Positions 1 to 9,351 are shown, numbered from the stretch's first letter. The stretch is 64,000 nucleotides of DNA from an uncultured Alphaproteobacteria bacterium (GCA_902826885.1 CADEGL010000006.1:2091-66090), one strand, 5' to 3'. The notes: a model not told the origin generated them from the letters alone. Numbers and translations: made by a program.

Positions 1-275
1 GCAAGCCCGCGCAAAAGGAGGGGTGGCTCGCGCCGCCCGCGCCGCCCGTTCCTGTCGAGACGCGTGCATCGGCGTCCTCCGGCGCACTTATTCAGAAAGC
101 CGAGGCGGCTGAGCCTGGCCGCGCGCAAGCGTCGCCGGATGCGGCATGGCGGCGGGCGATCGGATCGCCTTACGCGGCATGGATCGCGCTCGTCCTCCTG
201 ATCGGCGTGCCGCTGCTCGGCCTGGTCCGGCGCCACGTCGCCGGGCGCCGCGAGGACTTGACGCGTTACGACTGA
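1..275 (+). CDS. 3' end of unidentified protein (partial, enters from window edge) with C-terminal hydrophobic anchor
   Basis: Frame 3 is open from the window edge to TGA 273-275 with GC-rich third positions. The tail ...AWIALVLLIGVPLLGLVRRHVAGRREDLTRYD looks like a TM helix followed by basic residues. No family recognised. Confidence 0.3.
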   Translation, partial: KPAQKEGWLAPPAPPVPVETRASASSGALIQKAEAAEPGRAQASPDAAWRRAIGSPYAAWIALVLLIGVPLLGLVRRHVAGRREDLTRYD

Positions 276-297
276 ACGCCGGCGCGAAGGCCGCTTG

Positions 298-459
298 TTA
301 CGCGTGGATGGCGGTCGTGCCCGAATGGGCCGGCAGGTCCCTGGTCTGATAGGTGCGGACCAGGGCGCTGGCGAAAATGAAAGCCGCGGCGGCGGCAAGC
401 GCCAATCCCACGACAATGTTACGGCGCCGCATGCGGCGGCGTGCTTCGGTGCGTTCCAT
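298..459 (-). CDS. small single-pass membrane protein (hypothetical)
   Basis: ORF-track 298..495 trimmed to the internal Met (ATG 459), 13 nt downstream of the amidohydrolase stop. Sequence MERTEARRRMRRRNIVVGLALAAAAAFIFASALV has a basic N-terminus followed by one TM helix. Confidence 0.35.
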   Translation of the reverse strand: MERTEARRRMRRRNIVVGLALAAAAAFIFASALVRTYQTRDLPAHSGTTAIHA

Positions 460-472
460 GGGCGCTTCTATC

Positions 473-1462
473 CTATGAAGCGGGCGCGGGATCAAGCCCG
501 AACAAGCGCTCCGCGTTGGTGCGGCCGATCTTCTCGCGCGCTTCGTCGCCGATCGCGCAGGAATCGAACCAGGAAACGGCCTGGTCGTTCGTCTCGTAGG
601 GGTAGTCGACCGAGAACATCACGCGGTCCGCGCCCATCTCCTCGATCACGTTCTTGAGCGTGGGCGTGTGAAAGTTGCCGCTGGTCGTGATGTAGAAATG
701 GTCTGGCAGGTAACGCGCCAAGGGCTTCTCCAGCGTCTTGCCGAACGAGGCGTAGCCGAAGCGGTTCTGGGTGCGCCAGATCATGGGCACCAGCCCTTCG
801 CCCAGATGGCCCAGGATCATGGTGAGCTTGGGGAGGCGGTCAAACAGCCCGGCCGTGATCAGGCGCAGCGCGTGGGTCGCGGTCTCGACGCCGAAGGCCC
901 AGGCCGGGCCGAGAAGCTCGTGGTGCCCCTCATAAATGATCTGCTGCGAAGGCAGGGTGCCGCGCGGATGGAGATAGACCGGAACGCCGAGATCGCTGGC
1001 GCGCTCCCAGAAGGGCAGGAACTTGGGCAGGTCGTAGTATTCGCCGGTCTCCGCGCTGGCATTGGTGAAGCCGTTGACCAGGGCGCCCTTGAAGCCGAGT
1101 TGCGTGACCGCGCGCTCCAGTTCGTTCGCGGCTTCCTTCGGGTCTTGCAGCGCGACGGCGGCGAACCCGGCGAAGCGCGCGGGATATTTGCGGGTGAAGT
1201 GCTCGGCCAGCCAGTCGTTGGTTTGGCGCGCCATCGACACGGCCTTGGCGCGGTCGGGCTCGGCCTGCACGCCGTTGGCGGTCAGCGACAGGATCTGCAT
1301 GCGGATGCCGTGCGCATCCATGCCGGGCAGGCGCCAGCGTTCGGCATCGGGCAGGCGCGCCTCGATCGCCCGCTCCAGCGCGGGATCGAAGCCGTTGTCG
1401 GGCAGATGGCCCTCAATGCCCGGCACCATGAAGTGTTCTTCGAGCGCGATCTTGTTTTTCAT
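473..1462 (-). CDS. amidohydrolase-2 family protein (ACMSD / gamma-resorcylate-decarboxylase-like)
   Basis: ORF 473..1534 trimmed to Met25 (ATG 1462, GGAGA 7 nt upstream). MKNKIALEEHF..., VYLHPRG, ILGHLGE and FSVDYPYE resemble the metal-ligand blocks of non-oxidative decarboxylases of the amidohydrolase_2 family. Confidence 0.85.
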   Translation of the reverse strand: MKNKIALEEHFMVPGIEGHLPDNGFDPALERAIEARLPDAERWRLPGMDAHGIRMQILSLTANGVQAEPDRAKAVSMARQTNDWLAEHFTRKYPARFAGFAAVALQDPKEAANELERAVTQLGFKGALVNGFTNASAETGEYYDLPKFLPFWERASDLGVPVYLHPRGTLPSQQIIYEGHHELLGPAWAFGVETATHALRLITAGLFDRLPKLTMILGHLGEGLVPMIWRTQNRFGYASFGKTLEKPLARYLPDHFYITTSGNFHTPTLKNVIEEMGADRVMFSVDYPYETNDQAVSWFDSCAIGDEAREKIGRTNAERLFGLDPAPAS

Positions 1463-1733
1463 CAATGGTCTCCGAGACATGGGATGCGCGCCAGCATAGC
1501 GAATTTCGCCACCGGCGGCGGAAGTCCGCATCATCCCTTGCTTTCCGGCCCCATCGGCCCCATTTTAAAGGCAATCAATGCGCTTCCTTTGGGGCCGGTT
1601 CGCGTTCGCCGCGAATCGATGGTGCCTGTCCGGGAAGCCAACGCACTGCCGCACGATGATGGGCGTCCGCGCCCGTGGCGTTCCGAGAGAATGCCGCGGG
1701 CGCTTGAGCGCGCCCCCGGAAATGGAGAGGCCG

Positions 1734-2012
1734 ATGGCCAAGGAAGAGCTGATCGAATTCGAAGGCGCCGTGACCGAGGTCCTGCCCAACGCGATGTTCC
1801 GCGTGAAGCTGGACAACAACCAGGAGGTCCTGGCCCACACATCCGGCCGCGTCCGGCGCAACCGCATCCGCATTCTGGCGGGCGACCGCGTGACGGTCGA
1901 AATGACGCCCTACGATTTGACCAAGGGGCGCATCAATTTCCGCCACAAGGACGAACGCGCCGCGATGGCAGCGCCCAAGCGCCCCGGCAACCAGCAATGG
2001 CGCCGGCGATAG
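1734..2012 (+). CDS. infA: translation initiation factor IF-1 with about 20-aa basic C-terminal extension
   Basis: [70 protein letters not shown] is a near-canonical IF-1 S1 fold. ATG 1734 is preceded by GGAGAGG. The upstream part of ORF 1578..2012 was discarded. Confidence 0.93.
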   Translation: MAKEELIEFEGAVTEVLPNAMFRVKLDNNQEVLAHTSGRVRRNRIRILAGDRVTVEMTPYDLTKGRINFRHKDERAAMAAPKRPGNQQWRRR

Positions 2013-2020
2013 GAGGTGGC

Positions 2021-2302
2021 ATGAGCCTGATCGAGAAACTGCCCGAGATGACCGACATCGAGTTGGCCACGCTCAAGGCCAACGCCGACACGCTGGCCGC
2101 TTCCGGCAACGACAAGCAGAAGAGCGCCGCCGCGGCGCTGATGCCGGCTTTGGAGGCCGAGCTGGCGGTCCGTCGCGAGCGCGCCGCCGCCGAACGCGCG
2201 GCCAAGCCCAAGCGCAAGCCGCCGGTGCGCCGTAAGAAAGCCGAGAAGGCCGAGGAAAGCGCCGCGGAGGAAATGACGCCCGAGTTGGGCGGCACCGAGT
2301 GA
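2021..2302 (+). CDS. hypothetical protein with Ala/Lys/Glu-rich C-terminus
   Basis: ATG 2021 lies 5 nt after AGGAGGTGG and 9 nt after the infA stop. This is the last 93 codons of the otherwise spurious 668..2302 ORF: MSLIEKLPEMTDIELATLKANADTLAAS... followed by a KPKRKPPVRRKKAEKAEE tail. Confidence 0.55.
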   Translation: MSLIEKLPEMTDIELATLKANADTLAASGNDKQKSAAAALMPALEAELAVRRERAAAERAAKPKRKPPVRRKKAEKAEESAAEEMTPELGGTE

Positions 2303-2544
2303 TTGATCGTCCGCCGCCGGTGCAAGCCGTGGCCAGAGCCGATCAGAAAGTCTCCGGCGCCGATCACAAATTCCGGGTGGGCCAGCGCGTTCACTTGCTC
2401 GTGCGCGCGTGGGATCTGACGCCGCCGGCCGGGCATTTCCACATCATGCGCCTGTTGCCGCGAGAAGGCGCCGAGTACCAATATCGAATTCAAAGCGTGT
2501 CGGACGGCCACGAGCGGGTCGTGCGCGAAAGCCAGCTCGCCTGA
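2299..2544 (+). CDS. small conserved-looking hypothetical protein (81 aa)
   Basis: GTG start overlaps the previous stop (GTGA). Composition is globular (FRVGQRVHLL...GHFHIMRLLPREGAEYQYRIQSVSDGHERVVRESQLA). It resembles small YRI-x-S...ERVV proteins I recall from alphaproteobacteria (memory only). Confidence 0.55.
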   Translation: MIDRPPPVQAVARADQKVSGADHKFRVGQRVHLLVRAWDLTPPAGHFHIMRLLPREGAEYQYRIQSVSDGHERVVRESQLA

Positions 2545-3578
2545 GCGCGAGAGCCGCTCGCGAGCCGAAAATCGCCGCCGCGAGCGCGCGTTCCGAACTG
2601 CGCCGTATCGTCGCCCGCCACCAGGCGCCCAGCCTGGGCAAGAGCCTCTGGCAACTCCTCTCGACCGCCCTCGCGTTCGCCGCGGTGTGCGGGAGCATGT
2701 ATTTCAGCCTGACGGTTTCCTATGGGCTCACCCTCGGCCTCTCCATCCTGGCGGCCGGGCTTCTGGTTCGCATCTTCATCATCCAGCACGATTGCGGGCA
2801 CGGCGCGTTCTTCCGCTCGAAATGGGCCAACCATGCCGTCGGCTCGCTGTGCGGCCTTTTGACGCTGACGCCGTATGCCCATTGGCGCCGCCAGCACGCG
2901 GGGCATCACGATATGTGGAACAATTTGGACCGGCGCGAGAGCGGCGTGGACATCTATTCCACCTGTCTGACCGTCGAGGAGTACAGGGCGCGCAGCCCGA
3001 TGGGCCGGTTCGGGTACCGTTTGGTTCGCAACCCGCTGGTCACGCTGGTGCTGTTGCCGCCGTTGATCTTTCTTCTCCTTTACCGCGTGCCGTTCGACAC
3101 GCCGGACGGCTGGGCGTGGGAACGGTTCTCGGTCCACGCCACGACCGCCGGCGTGGTGGCGATCGTCTTGCTCATGGGTTGGGCCATCGGCTTTGGCGCC
3201 GTGGCCCTGGTGCAGCTTCCGATCATGATCGTCGCATCGATGATCGGCGTCTGGCTGTTCTCGGTGCAGCACCGGTTCGAGAACGTGGCCTGGCTGCGAG
3301 GGGCCGAGTGGAATATGCGCACGGCCGCCTTGCGCGGCTCGTCCTACCTGCGCCTGCCGCGTGTCTTGCAGTGGTTCACCGGAAATATCGGCTTCCACCA
3401 TGTCCATCACTTGAACGCGCGCATCCCCAACTATCGCCTGGCGGCATGCCATGCCGAGATGCCGGGCATGGACGCCGTCCCGACGCTCACGCTTGGCGCG
3501 GCGTTACGTTCGCATCGTTTTTCCCTATGGGACGAAGCGCGCGGCAGAATGGTGACCTTCCGGGCCGCGCGCGCCTAA
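2409..3578 (+). CDS. membrane fatty-acid desaturase family protein (start codon uncertain)
   Basis: Three His boxes are present: HDCGH, HWRRQHAGHH and HHVHH, plus several TM segments. The only canonical in-frame start is GTG 2409, which overlaps the upstream ORF by 136 nt (see finding). Confidence 0.85.
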   Translation: MGSDAAGRAFPHHAPVAARRRRVPISNSKRVGRPRAGRARKPARLSARAAREPKIAAASARSELRRIVARHQAPSLGKSLWQLLSTALAFAAVCGSMYFSLTVSYGLTLGLSILAAGLLVRIFIIQHDCGHGAFFRSKWANHAVGSLCGLLTLTPYAHWRRQHAGHHDMWNNLDRRESGVDIYSTCLTVEEYRARSPMGRFGYRLVRNPLVTLVLLPPLIFLLLYRVPFDTPDGWAWERFSVHATTAGVVAIVLLMGWAIGFGAVALVQLPIMIVASMIGVWLFSVQHRFENVAWLRGAEWNMRTAALRGSSYLRLPRVLQWFTGNIGFHHVHHLNARIPNYRLAACHAEMPGMDAVPTLTLGAALRSHRFSLWDEARGRMVTFRAARA

Positions 3579-3606
3579 AGCGCGAAAATGTATTTGATCG
3601 TCGCGG

Positions 3607-4038
3607 CTAAAGCGCGACGAGCGCGGCGCCAACCGCGATCAGCGCCACGCCCAGCCAGGCCACGAGCGACAGTTCCTCGCCGAGCAGGAGCGCGCCGAAA
3701 ATCGCCACCATCACCACGCTCAGCTTGTCCACCGGCGCCACGCGCGCGGCGTCGCCAAGCTTGAGCGCGCGGAAATAGCAGAGCCAGGACGCCCCCGTCG
3801 CCAGGCCCGAGAGAATCAAGAATAGCCAGCTTTTGCCGGAAACCGACGATGGCGCCTGCCACTGGCCCGTCGCGGTCAACAGCGCGCCAAGCGCCAGCAC
3901 CACCACGACCGTGCGCGCGAAGGTGGCGAAGTCCGCGCCCACGTTTTCGACACCGGCCTTGGCGAAGATCGCGGTCAGCGCCGCGAAGGCCGCGGACAGA
4001 AGCGCCCAGAACTGCCAAGCCGCGAACGCGCCGCGCAT
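3607..4038 (-). CDS. EamA-like (DMT superfamily) half-size transporter
   Basis: 143 aa with 4-5 TM helices. AWQFWALLSAAFAALTAIFAKAG ... YFRALKLGDAARVAPVDKLSVV is typical of a single EamA domain. Confidence 0.8.
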   Translation of the reverse strand: MRGAFAAWQFWALLSAAFAALTAIFAKAGVENVGADFATFARTVVVVLALGALLTATGQWQAPSSVSGKSWLFLILSGLATGASWLCYFRALKLGDAARVAPVDKLSVVMVAIFGALLLGEELSLVAWLGVALIAVGAALVAL

Positions 4039-4163
4039 GGTGTCCTCCCCGTGCTTGCGTCCGCGCAGGATGGCAGAGCGGGGAGGGCGTGGCGATGGCG
4101 CGATGTACCCTTGATCCTCCGGCGCTTCGCCGCCAACCTGAGCGCGGTTCGAGGGGAGGGGAG

Positions 4164-5726
4164 ATGGCCGCGATCCGCGCCGAGGCCCATTACGGGCGGG
4201 TGATGAAATGCTACGCCGAGCGGCCGCCGCACATGCTGGCCATGCTGGCCGATGCCGTCGCGCAGGCGCCCGACCGCGTCGCGCTGGTCGACGGCGGACG
4301 GCGCATGACCTATGCCGCGCTCGACGCCGAATCCGCGCGCATCGCGGGCAATCTTGCCGCGCGCGGGATCGCGCCGGGCGACCGGATCGCCATGCTGATC
4401 GGCAATTCGCTGGAGTTCTTCACCGTCCTGCTGGCCTGCGCGCGGATCGGCGCCATCGCGGTGCCCATGGGAACCCGCCTGCGCAAGCCCGAGATCGCTT
4501 TCATCTGTTCGCAAAGCGGCGCGCGCATGCTGATCCACGAGGCGGGCCTGGCGGCGGAGCTGCCCGGCGCGGGCGACGCGCCGGAGCTCAAGGAACGCAT
4601 CGCGGTGGGTTCGCCCGCTTTCGAGGCGCTGCGCCAAGACGGACCCCGCGCGCCCGCGGTCGAGATCGCCGAGGAGGACACGTTCTGCATCCTCTATACC
4701 TCCGGCACCACCGGACGGCCCAAAGGGGCCATGCTGACGCATCTCGGCATGGTCCATACCTGCATCCATTGGCGCGAGCGTCTGTCGTTGCGCATGGATT
4801 CCGAAGTCGCGCTGCTGCCCATCCCGATCACCCATGTCTCGGGCTTAGGCGGCATGTGGGCGCCGATCCTGTTCATGCGCGGCACGCTGGTGCTGATCCA
4901 GGCGTTCAAGGCGCGCGGCTTCCTGGAGATCGCGCAGGCAGAAGGCTGTACCTACGTGTTGATGGTGCCGGCCATGTACAATCTCTGCCTGTTGGAGCCG
5001 GACGTCGCTTCGTTCGATCTGAAATCCTGGCGGTTGGCGCTCTATGGCGGCGCGCCGATGCCGGAGCCGACGATCAAGCGCTTGGCCGAGGTGACGCCGC
5101 ATCTGCAATTGGTCAACGCCTACGGCGCGACCGAAACCACGTCGCCCACCACGATCACGCCGCCCGGCTTCGGCGTGAGCCACGCCGACAGCATCGGTAA
5201 GGCGGTGGATTGCGGCGAGTTGCGCGTGATGGACGAAGAGGGCCGCGAGGTGGCGCCGGGCGAGCAAGGCGAGTTGTGGATCGCCGGGCCCATGGTCGTG
5301 CCCGGCTATTGGCGGAACGAGAGCGCCAATGCGGCCGCCTTCACGGGCGGGTTCTGGAAGTCGGGCGACGTCGCCGCGATCGACACGGAAGGGTTCGTGC
5401 GCCTGTACGACCGGAAGAAGGACATGATCAGCCGCGGTGGCTACAAGATCTATCCCGCCGAGGTCGAAAGCGTGCTGACCGAGCATCCCGACGTGGTCGA
5501 GTGCGCCATTGTCGGCCAGACCTGTCCCGTTCTGGGCGAGCGGGTCCACGCCTTCGTGGTCACGAAGTCTGGCACGCTCGATGCAGGGGATGTCCGGGCT
5601 TTCTGCGCGCCGCGCATGGCGGACTATAAAGTGCCCGAATTCGTCACCGTGCTGCCTGGCGCCTTGCCGCGAAACGCCAACGGCAAGATGCAAAAAGACA
5701 TGCTGCGGAAACTGCTGCCGGCCTAA
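4164..5726 (+). CDS. AMP-dependent synthetase/ligase (acyl-CoA synthetase family)
   Basis: ORF 3849..5726 trimmed to ATG 4164 (GAGGGGAGGGGAG upstream). Carries the AMP-binding motif ILYTSGTTGRPKGAM, then YGATET and WFKSGD-like GFWKSGD, with a C-terminal NGKMQK. Confidence 0.9.
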   Translation: MAAIRAEAHYGRVMKCYAERPPHMLAMLADAVAQAPDRVALVDGGRRMTYAALDAESARIAGNLAARGIAPGDRIAMLIGNSLEFFTVLLACARIGAIAVPMGTRLRKPEIAFICSQSGARMLIHEAGLAAELPGAGDAPELKERIAVGSPAFEALRQDGPRAPAVEIAEEDTFCILYTSGTTGRPKGAMLTHLGMVHTCIHWRERLSLRMDSEVALLPIPITHVSGLGGMWAPILFMRGTLVLIQAFKARGFLEIAQAEGCTYVLMVPAMYNLCLLEPDVASFDLKSWRLALYGGAPMPEPTIKRLAEVTPHLQLVNAYGATETTSPTTITPPGFGVSHADSIGKAVDCGELRVMDEEGREVAPGEQGELWIAGPMVVPGYWRNESANAAAFTGGFWKSGDVAAIDTEGFVRLYDRKKDMISRGGYKIYPAEVESVLTEHPDVVECAIVGQTCPVLGERVHAFVVTKSGTLDAGDVRAFCAPRMADYKVPEFVTVLPGALPRNANGKMQKDMLRKLLPA

Positions 5727-5741
5727 TCCGATGGGACTCCG

Positions 5742-6233
5742 ATGAAACGAAGCAGAAGTAAGGTTCGCGCGGCCCGGCACATCGCGGAGACGGGCACGGC
5801 TCTCGCCAAACGGTTCCGCACCGATGCGGAGATGGCGGCGGCCGCCACCCGGGTCGTCGCCCACCGCACGGTGATGTTGACCGAGGCCTTGGCCAAGCAG
5901 GATCTGCGCGCGGGCTCCGAGATGGCACGCATGGGGGCGGAGAAAGTATCCGCCGCGACGCAGGCGGGCACGGCCGCGCTGGTCGAATCCTTCGGCGCGG
6001 GGCGCCTCTGGCTCGATCTCTATTTCCGGCAGGCCGCGCGCACGATGGCGCTGGCCTCGGCATTCACCGGCCGGCGCGCACCGGGCGAGGTGACGCGAAC
6101 GGCCGAAGCCATGTGGACCGATCTCTTGGACACGGGCGCGGCCATGGCGCGGCTGGCGACGGAGGTGGCTGACGCGGCCATCGAGCCCATCCACCGCACC
6201 GCCGTCGCCAACGCCAAGCGCCTCGCGCGCTGA
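5742..6233 (+). CDS. hypothetical all-helical protein (possibly phasin-like)
   Basis: 163 aa, Ala-rich, no signal peptide. The C-terminal ...EPIHRTAVANAKRLAR resembles the phasin-family endings I recall. The functional call is weak. Confidence 0.5.
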   Translation: MKRSRSKVRAARHIAETGTALAKRFRTDAEMAAAATRVVAHRTVMLTEALAKQDLRAGSEMARMGAEKVSAATQAGTAALVESFGAGRLWLDLYFRQAARTMALASAFTGRRAPGEVTRTAEAMWTDLLDTGAAMARLATEVADAAIEPIHRTAVANAKRLAR

Positions 6234-6247
6234 CGCCGGTTATTGAA

Positions 6248-6508
6248 TCAAGGTTTCTTGTTGGCGACGTTGGCTTGCGCCGCGTCCGCCTGACCGATGG
6301 CCTGGCGCAGGGCCTCCAGCGCCTTGGTCTTGTGGCCGCTCGGATCCTCGCCGGTCTTGCTGATCTGCTCTTCGGCCTGGTGCATGGATTTGATCGCGGC
6401 CTCATAGGCCTTGCGGTCATCGGACGGCGTCGCCGCCGCCAGGGCCAAGCCCGACAAAAGCGAGATGCCGGTCGCCACGGCCATCACGCGGATTGGGAAT
6501 CGTCTCAT
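6248..6508 (-). CDS. small exported protein (hypothetical)
   Basis: MRRFPIRVMAVATGISLLSGLALAAA is a signal peptide. The mature part is a helical, 60-aa charged domain. Confidence 0.6.
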   Translation of the reverse strand: MRRFPIRVMAVATGISLLSGLALAAATPSDDRKAYEAAIKSMHQAEEQISKTGEDPSGHKTKALEALRQAIGQADAAQANVANKKP

Positions 6509-6642
6509 CGGATATCTCCTTTGCGCCGTCGTGTACTGGCAAGGCGGCCGACGCGCCGGATTATTCCTGATGACGCCGTGGCTTTTCGGAGCGGAACCTG
6601 CGACCGTTCACGGACGTTGGCCTTTGAGGAAGGGAGAGCGCG

Positions 6643-7272
6643 ATGCCGATCCTGGAAGAGGCGAAACGAATCATCGAACGGGCGACCGGCTTGGGCCAGC
6701 CCTCGCCGCGCGCGGCGCGAGCCGCCGTGCGGGCGCGCAAGGCGCACACGTTCCATTTCGATGACGACGGGCTGATCCCGAACAACCCCCGTCTGCCGCT
6801 GGTGGTCTATCGCGGCGCGGTGAACCTGTCGGGCGCGTCCGATCCCGCCGCCATGTTCGAGGTCCTGTTCGAGAGCAACGGTTGGGGCGAGGGTTGGCGT
6901 GGCGGCGTCTACGATTATGACCACTATCATTCGGCCGTCCACGAGGTGCTGGGCATCGCGCGCGGGCGGGCCGAAGTCCGCTTCGGCGGCGAAAGCGGCA
7001 AGGCCGTCGAAGTGAAGGCCGGCGACGTGGTCGTGATTCCCGCCGGCACGGGCCACAAGCGCCTCGCGGCCAGCGACGATCTCTTGGTCGTGGGTTCTTA
7101 CCCGCCCTCGGGGCGTTTCAACCTCCGCAAGGCGCGCAAAAGCGAGCGTGAGGAATCGCTGCGGGAAATCCCCCGTACGCCGGCGCCGCGCAACGACCCC
7201 GTCTATGGACGGCGCGGCGCGGTCGCGCGTCTATGGGCGCGGCCGGCGGCAAAGCGGAGAGGGCGAATCTAG
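6643..7272 (+). CDS. cupin-domain protein (YjlB-like)
   Basis: YDYDHYHSAVHEVLGIARG...VKAGDVVVIPAGTGHKR matches the cupin G-x5-H-x-H ... G-x5-P-x-G-x2-H-type pattern. Confidence 0.75.
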   Translation: MPILEEAKRIIERATGLGQPSPRAARAAVRARKAHTFHFDDDGLIPNNPRLPLVVYRGAVNLSGASDPAAMFEVLFESNGWGEGWRGGVYDYDHYHSAVHEVLGIARGRAEVRFGGESGKAVEVKAGDVVVIPAGTGHKRLAASDDLLVVGSYPPSGRFNLRKARKSEREESLREIPRTPAPRNDPVYGRRGAVARLWARPAAKRRGRI

Positions 7273-7661
7273 GTCAGCTTGCCCTTGGCGATCTTGCAGC
7301 CGAAGCTGACCGGCTTGCGCGGATCGGTCGACAGGATCGCGCCCATCAGCAGGGCGGTTTCCTCGTTCGGCTTGGCATCCGTGCTGATCAACAGGAACAG
7401 GCCGGCGTTGCGGTCGGCGAAGACGATCGCGTTCTTGTCGTTCTTCTCCTTCCACTCCAGGAACTTGGCGTTGTTGATGTTGTAGGGGTCGCCTCCTTGG
7501 CCGGCGGTCGTGACCGTGGTGTCCTTGACGGTGAAGACGTAACGCGTCGGCGGCGTGGTTTCGGCCTTGCAGTCGAGCACGGCATCGAGCGTCGCGGCCT
7601 CGGCGGCGGCCGCGAGGACGAGCGAGAAGGAAAGGGCGGAGAACAAGCGCAGGAAAGCCAT
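7269..7661 (-). CDS. exported hypothetical protein
   Basis: MAFLRLFSALSFSLVLAAAAEAA is a signal peptide. The mature part has two Cys (LDCKAE, FGCKIA) and no recognised domain. Confidence 0.65.
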   Translation of the reverse strand: MAFLRLFSALSFSLVLAAAAEAATLDAVLDCKAETTPPTRYVFTVKDTTVTTAGQGGDPYNINNAKFLEWKEKNDKNAIVFADRNAGLFLLISTDAKPNEETALLMGAILSTDPRKPVSFGCKIAKGKLT

Positions 7662-7761
7662 GGACGACCCCGGTGGAATGGTGAACCGGCCGGGATCATA
7701 GCGGGAAACGCGCGCTTTACGCCTCGGATTATTTTCGCCGTCGCCGGACAGGCCGGAAGCG

Positions 7762-9351
7762 TTAGTCGCCGGGCGGCCGCGGCGCGCCTTTGGGCTTGCG
7801 AACGACTCGGCGCTTCAAACTCGAGATCTCCGGTTTGGCCTCGTCGATCTGCGCGCGCTTCAACTGCTCGGCCGCCTCATCGCGCGCCTTCGCCGCGGCC
7901 GGACGGGCGCTCGATTTGCCGTCCGCCACCACGGCCAGCCAGAGATAGGCTTGGTAGGGGTCTTTCGGCACGCCTTCGCCGCCCTCGATCAAAAGCTGAC
8001 CCAAGAGTAACGCCGCGCGCGCTTCGCCTTGGCGCGCCGATTCGCGCGCCCAGCGCACGGCTTCCGCCACGTTGCGCGCGGTGCCCGTGCCGGTCGCGTA
8101 TTGATTCGCGAGCCTGTATTGCGCTTCGGAGTGGCCTTGCGCGGCGGACTTGAGCCACCAGCCATGCGCGGCCTCGGGGTCCACGGACAATCCCCCTTCA
8201 CCCGACGCGTAGCGATCGCCCAGCACGAACTGCGCGCTGTTCTCTCCGTGGTCGGCGGCTTTCCGGTACCAGCCGGTCGAAGCGACGCCGTCGGGTTCTA
8301 TAAAACCGAGCACCATTTCGGCCTGGCCATACCCCTGGGCGGCCGAAGCGCGGAACCATCTGAGCGCGGCCTCTCGATCCTTCGGCGTGCCTTCGCCGGC
8401 AAAGTATAGCCATCCCAAGTTGGACTGCGCCCATCGGTCCCCTTGCTCGGCCAATGGCGGCAGGTGCTGGAGGGCATAGGCGAAGTCCCGGCGAACGAGA
8501 GCGGCGCTGATCGGGTCTTTGGGCGCGTCGGCGGCGATGGGTTGGATTTGGAGTTCGCGCATGCGATTCACGGTTTCGGCTCTGCTCGCCGGGTTAGCCG
8601 CGGACCCCACGAAGCGCGTGGCCATCGCGGCGAGTCTCTTGTCTTCCATGGGCTCGGGTCCCGTGAGGCAGATCAGAAACCACGCTTCGGCCGTGCGCAG
8701 GTCCTTGGGGACGCCGCGGCCCGCGTCATACAGATTCGCCAGCGCGCATTGGGCCTTCTGATCGTTCCGCTCGGCGGCGGCTTGGATCAGCCGCGCGCCA
8801 GCTTCGAGATCCTTGGGCCCGGCTAGGCCGTCCATGGTCAGAAGGCCGAGATCGCGTTGGGCTTGGCGCTCGCCCAATGCGGCGCCCTTGCGGTACCAAT
8901 CCAACGCGGCCGCGAAATCCCTGGGCACGCCGAGACCTTCTTCGTAGGCGCGTCCGAGATGGTAGTGCGCGCTAGGGTGGCCTCGCTCCGCGGCCTCGCG
9001 GAGAAGCGCGATGCCTCGGGCTTCGTCCTTCGGCGTGCCGATTCCCTCCAGATAGAGGTAACCCAGGCTGGCCTGCGCCCGAACGTGCCCTTGGTCGGCG
9101 GCCTTGCGGAACCATTCGGCGGCGCGTCCCGCATCCGGCACGACCACACTGCCGTTGTAGTAGATGACGCCGAGAATGAATTGGGCTTCGGCGTCGCCTT
9201 GCTCCGCGCGCGGCGTCAAGAGCCGGCGCGCCCCGGCGTAATCGCTGCGGTCGAAGGCGAGAAGACCGGGATCGGCCTGCTGGGCGTGCGAGAAGAATGG
9301 CAGGGTGATGATGACGGCGGCTAAGACGGTCAAGACGACCAAGCGGTGCAT
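7762..9351 (-). CDS. exported Sel1-repeat (TPR-like) protein
   Basis: Signal peptide followed by at least 10 repeats of the Sel1 signature, for example AEAQFILGVIYYNG, RAQASLGYLYLEGIGTPKDEARGIALLREAAERGH and AHYHLGRAYEEGLGVPRD. Confidence 0.9.
   Translation of the reverse strand: MHRLVVLTVLAAVIITLPFFSHAQQADPGLLAFDRSDYAGARRLLTPRAEQGDAEAQFILGVIYYNGSVVVPDAGRAAEWFRKAADQGHVRAQASLGYLYLEGIGTPKDEARGIALLREAAERGHPSAHYHLGRAYEEGLGVPRDFAAALDWYRKGAALGERQAQRDLGLLTMDGLAGPKDLEAGARLIQAAAERNDQKAQCALANLYDAGRGVPKDLRTAEAWFLICLTGPEPMEDKRLAAMATRFVGSAANPASRAETVNRMRELQIQPIAADAPKDPISAALVRRDFAYALQHLPPLAEQGDRWAQSNLGWLYFAGEGTPKDREAALRWFRASAAQGYGQAEMVLGFIEPDGVASTGWYRKAADHGENSAQFVLGDRYASGEGGLSVDPEAAHGWWLKSAAQGHSEAQYRLANQYATGTGTARNVAEAVRWARESARQGEARAALLLGQLLIEGGEGVPKDPYQAYLWLAVVADGKSSARPAAAKARDEAAEQLKRAQIDEAKPEISSLKRRVVRKPKGAPRPPGD

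Noticed and set aside
668-2302. 544-aa ORF on the plus strand.
   Set aside because: It runs antisense through the amidohydrolase gene and out of frame through infA. Its product is Arg/Gly/Ala/Pro-rich low-complexity sequence. Only the last 93 codons (2021..2302), which have their own RBS, were kept.
3849-4163. N-terminal 105-aa extension of the acyl-CoA synthetase ORF.
   Set aside because: The extension is Arg/Pro-rich, overlaps the divergent EamA gene, and precedes a strong RBS plus ATG at 4164.
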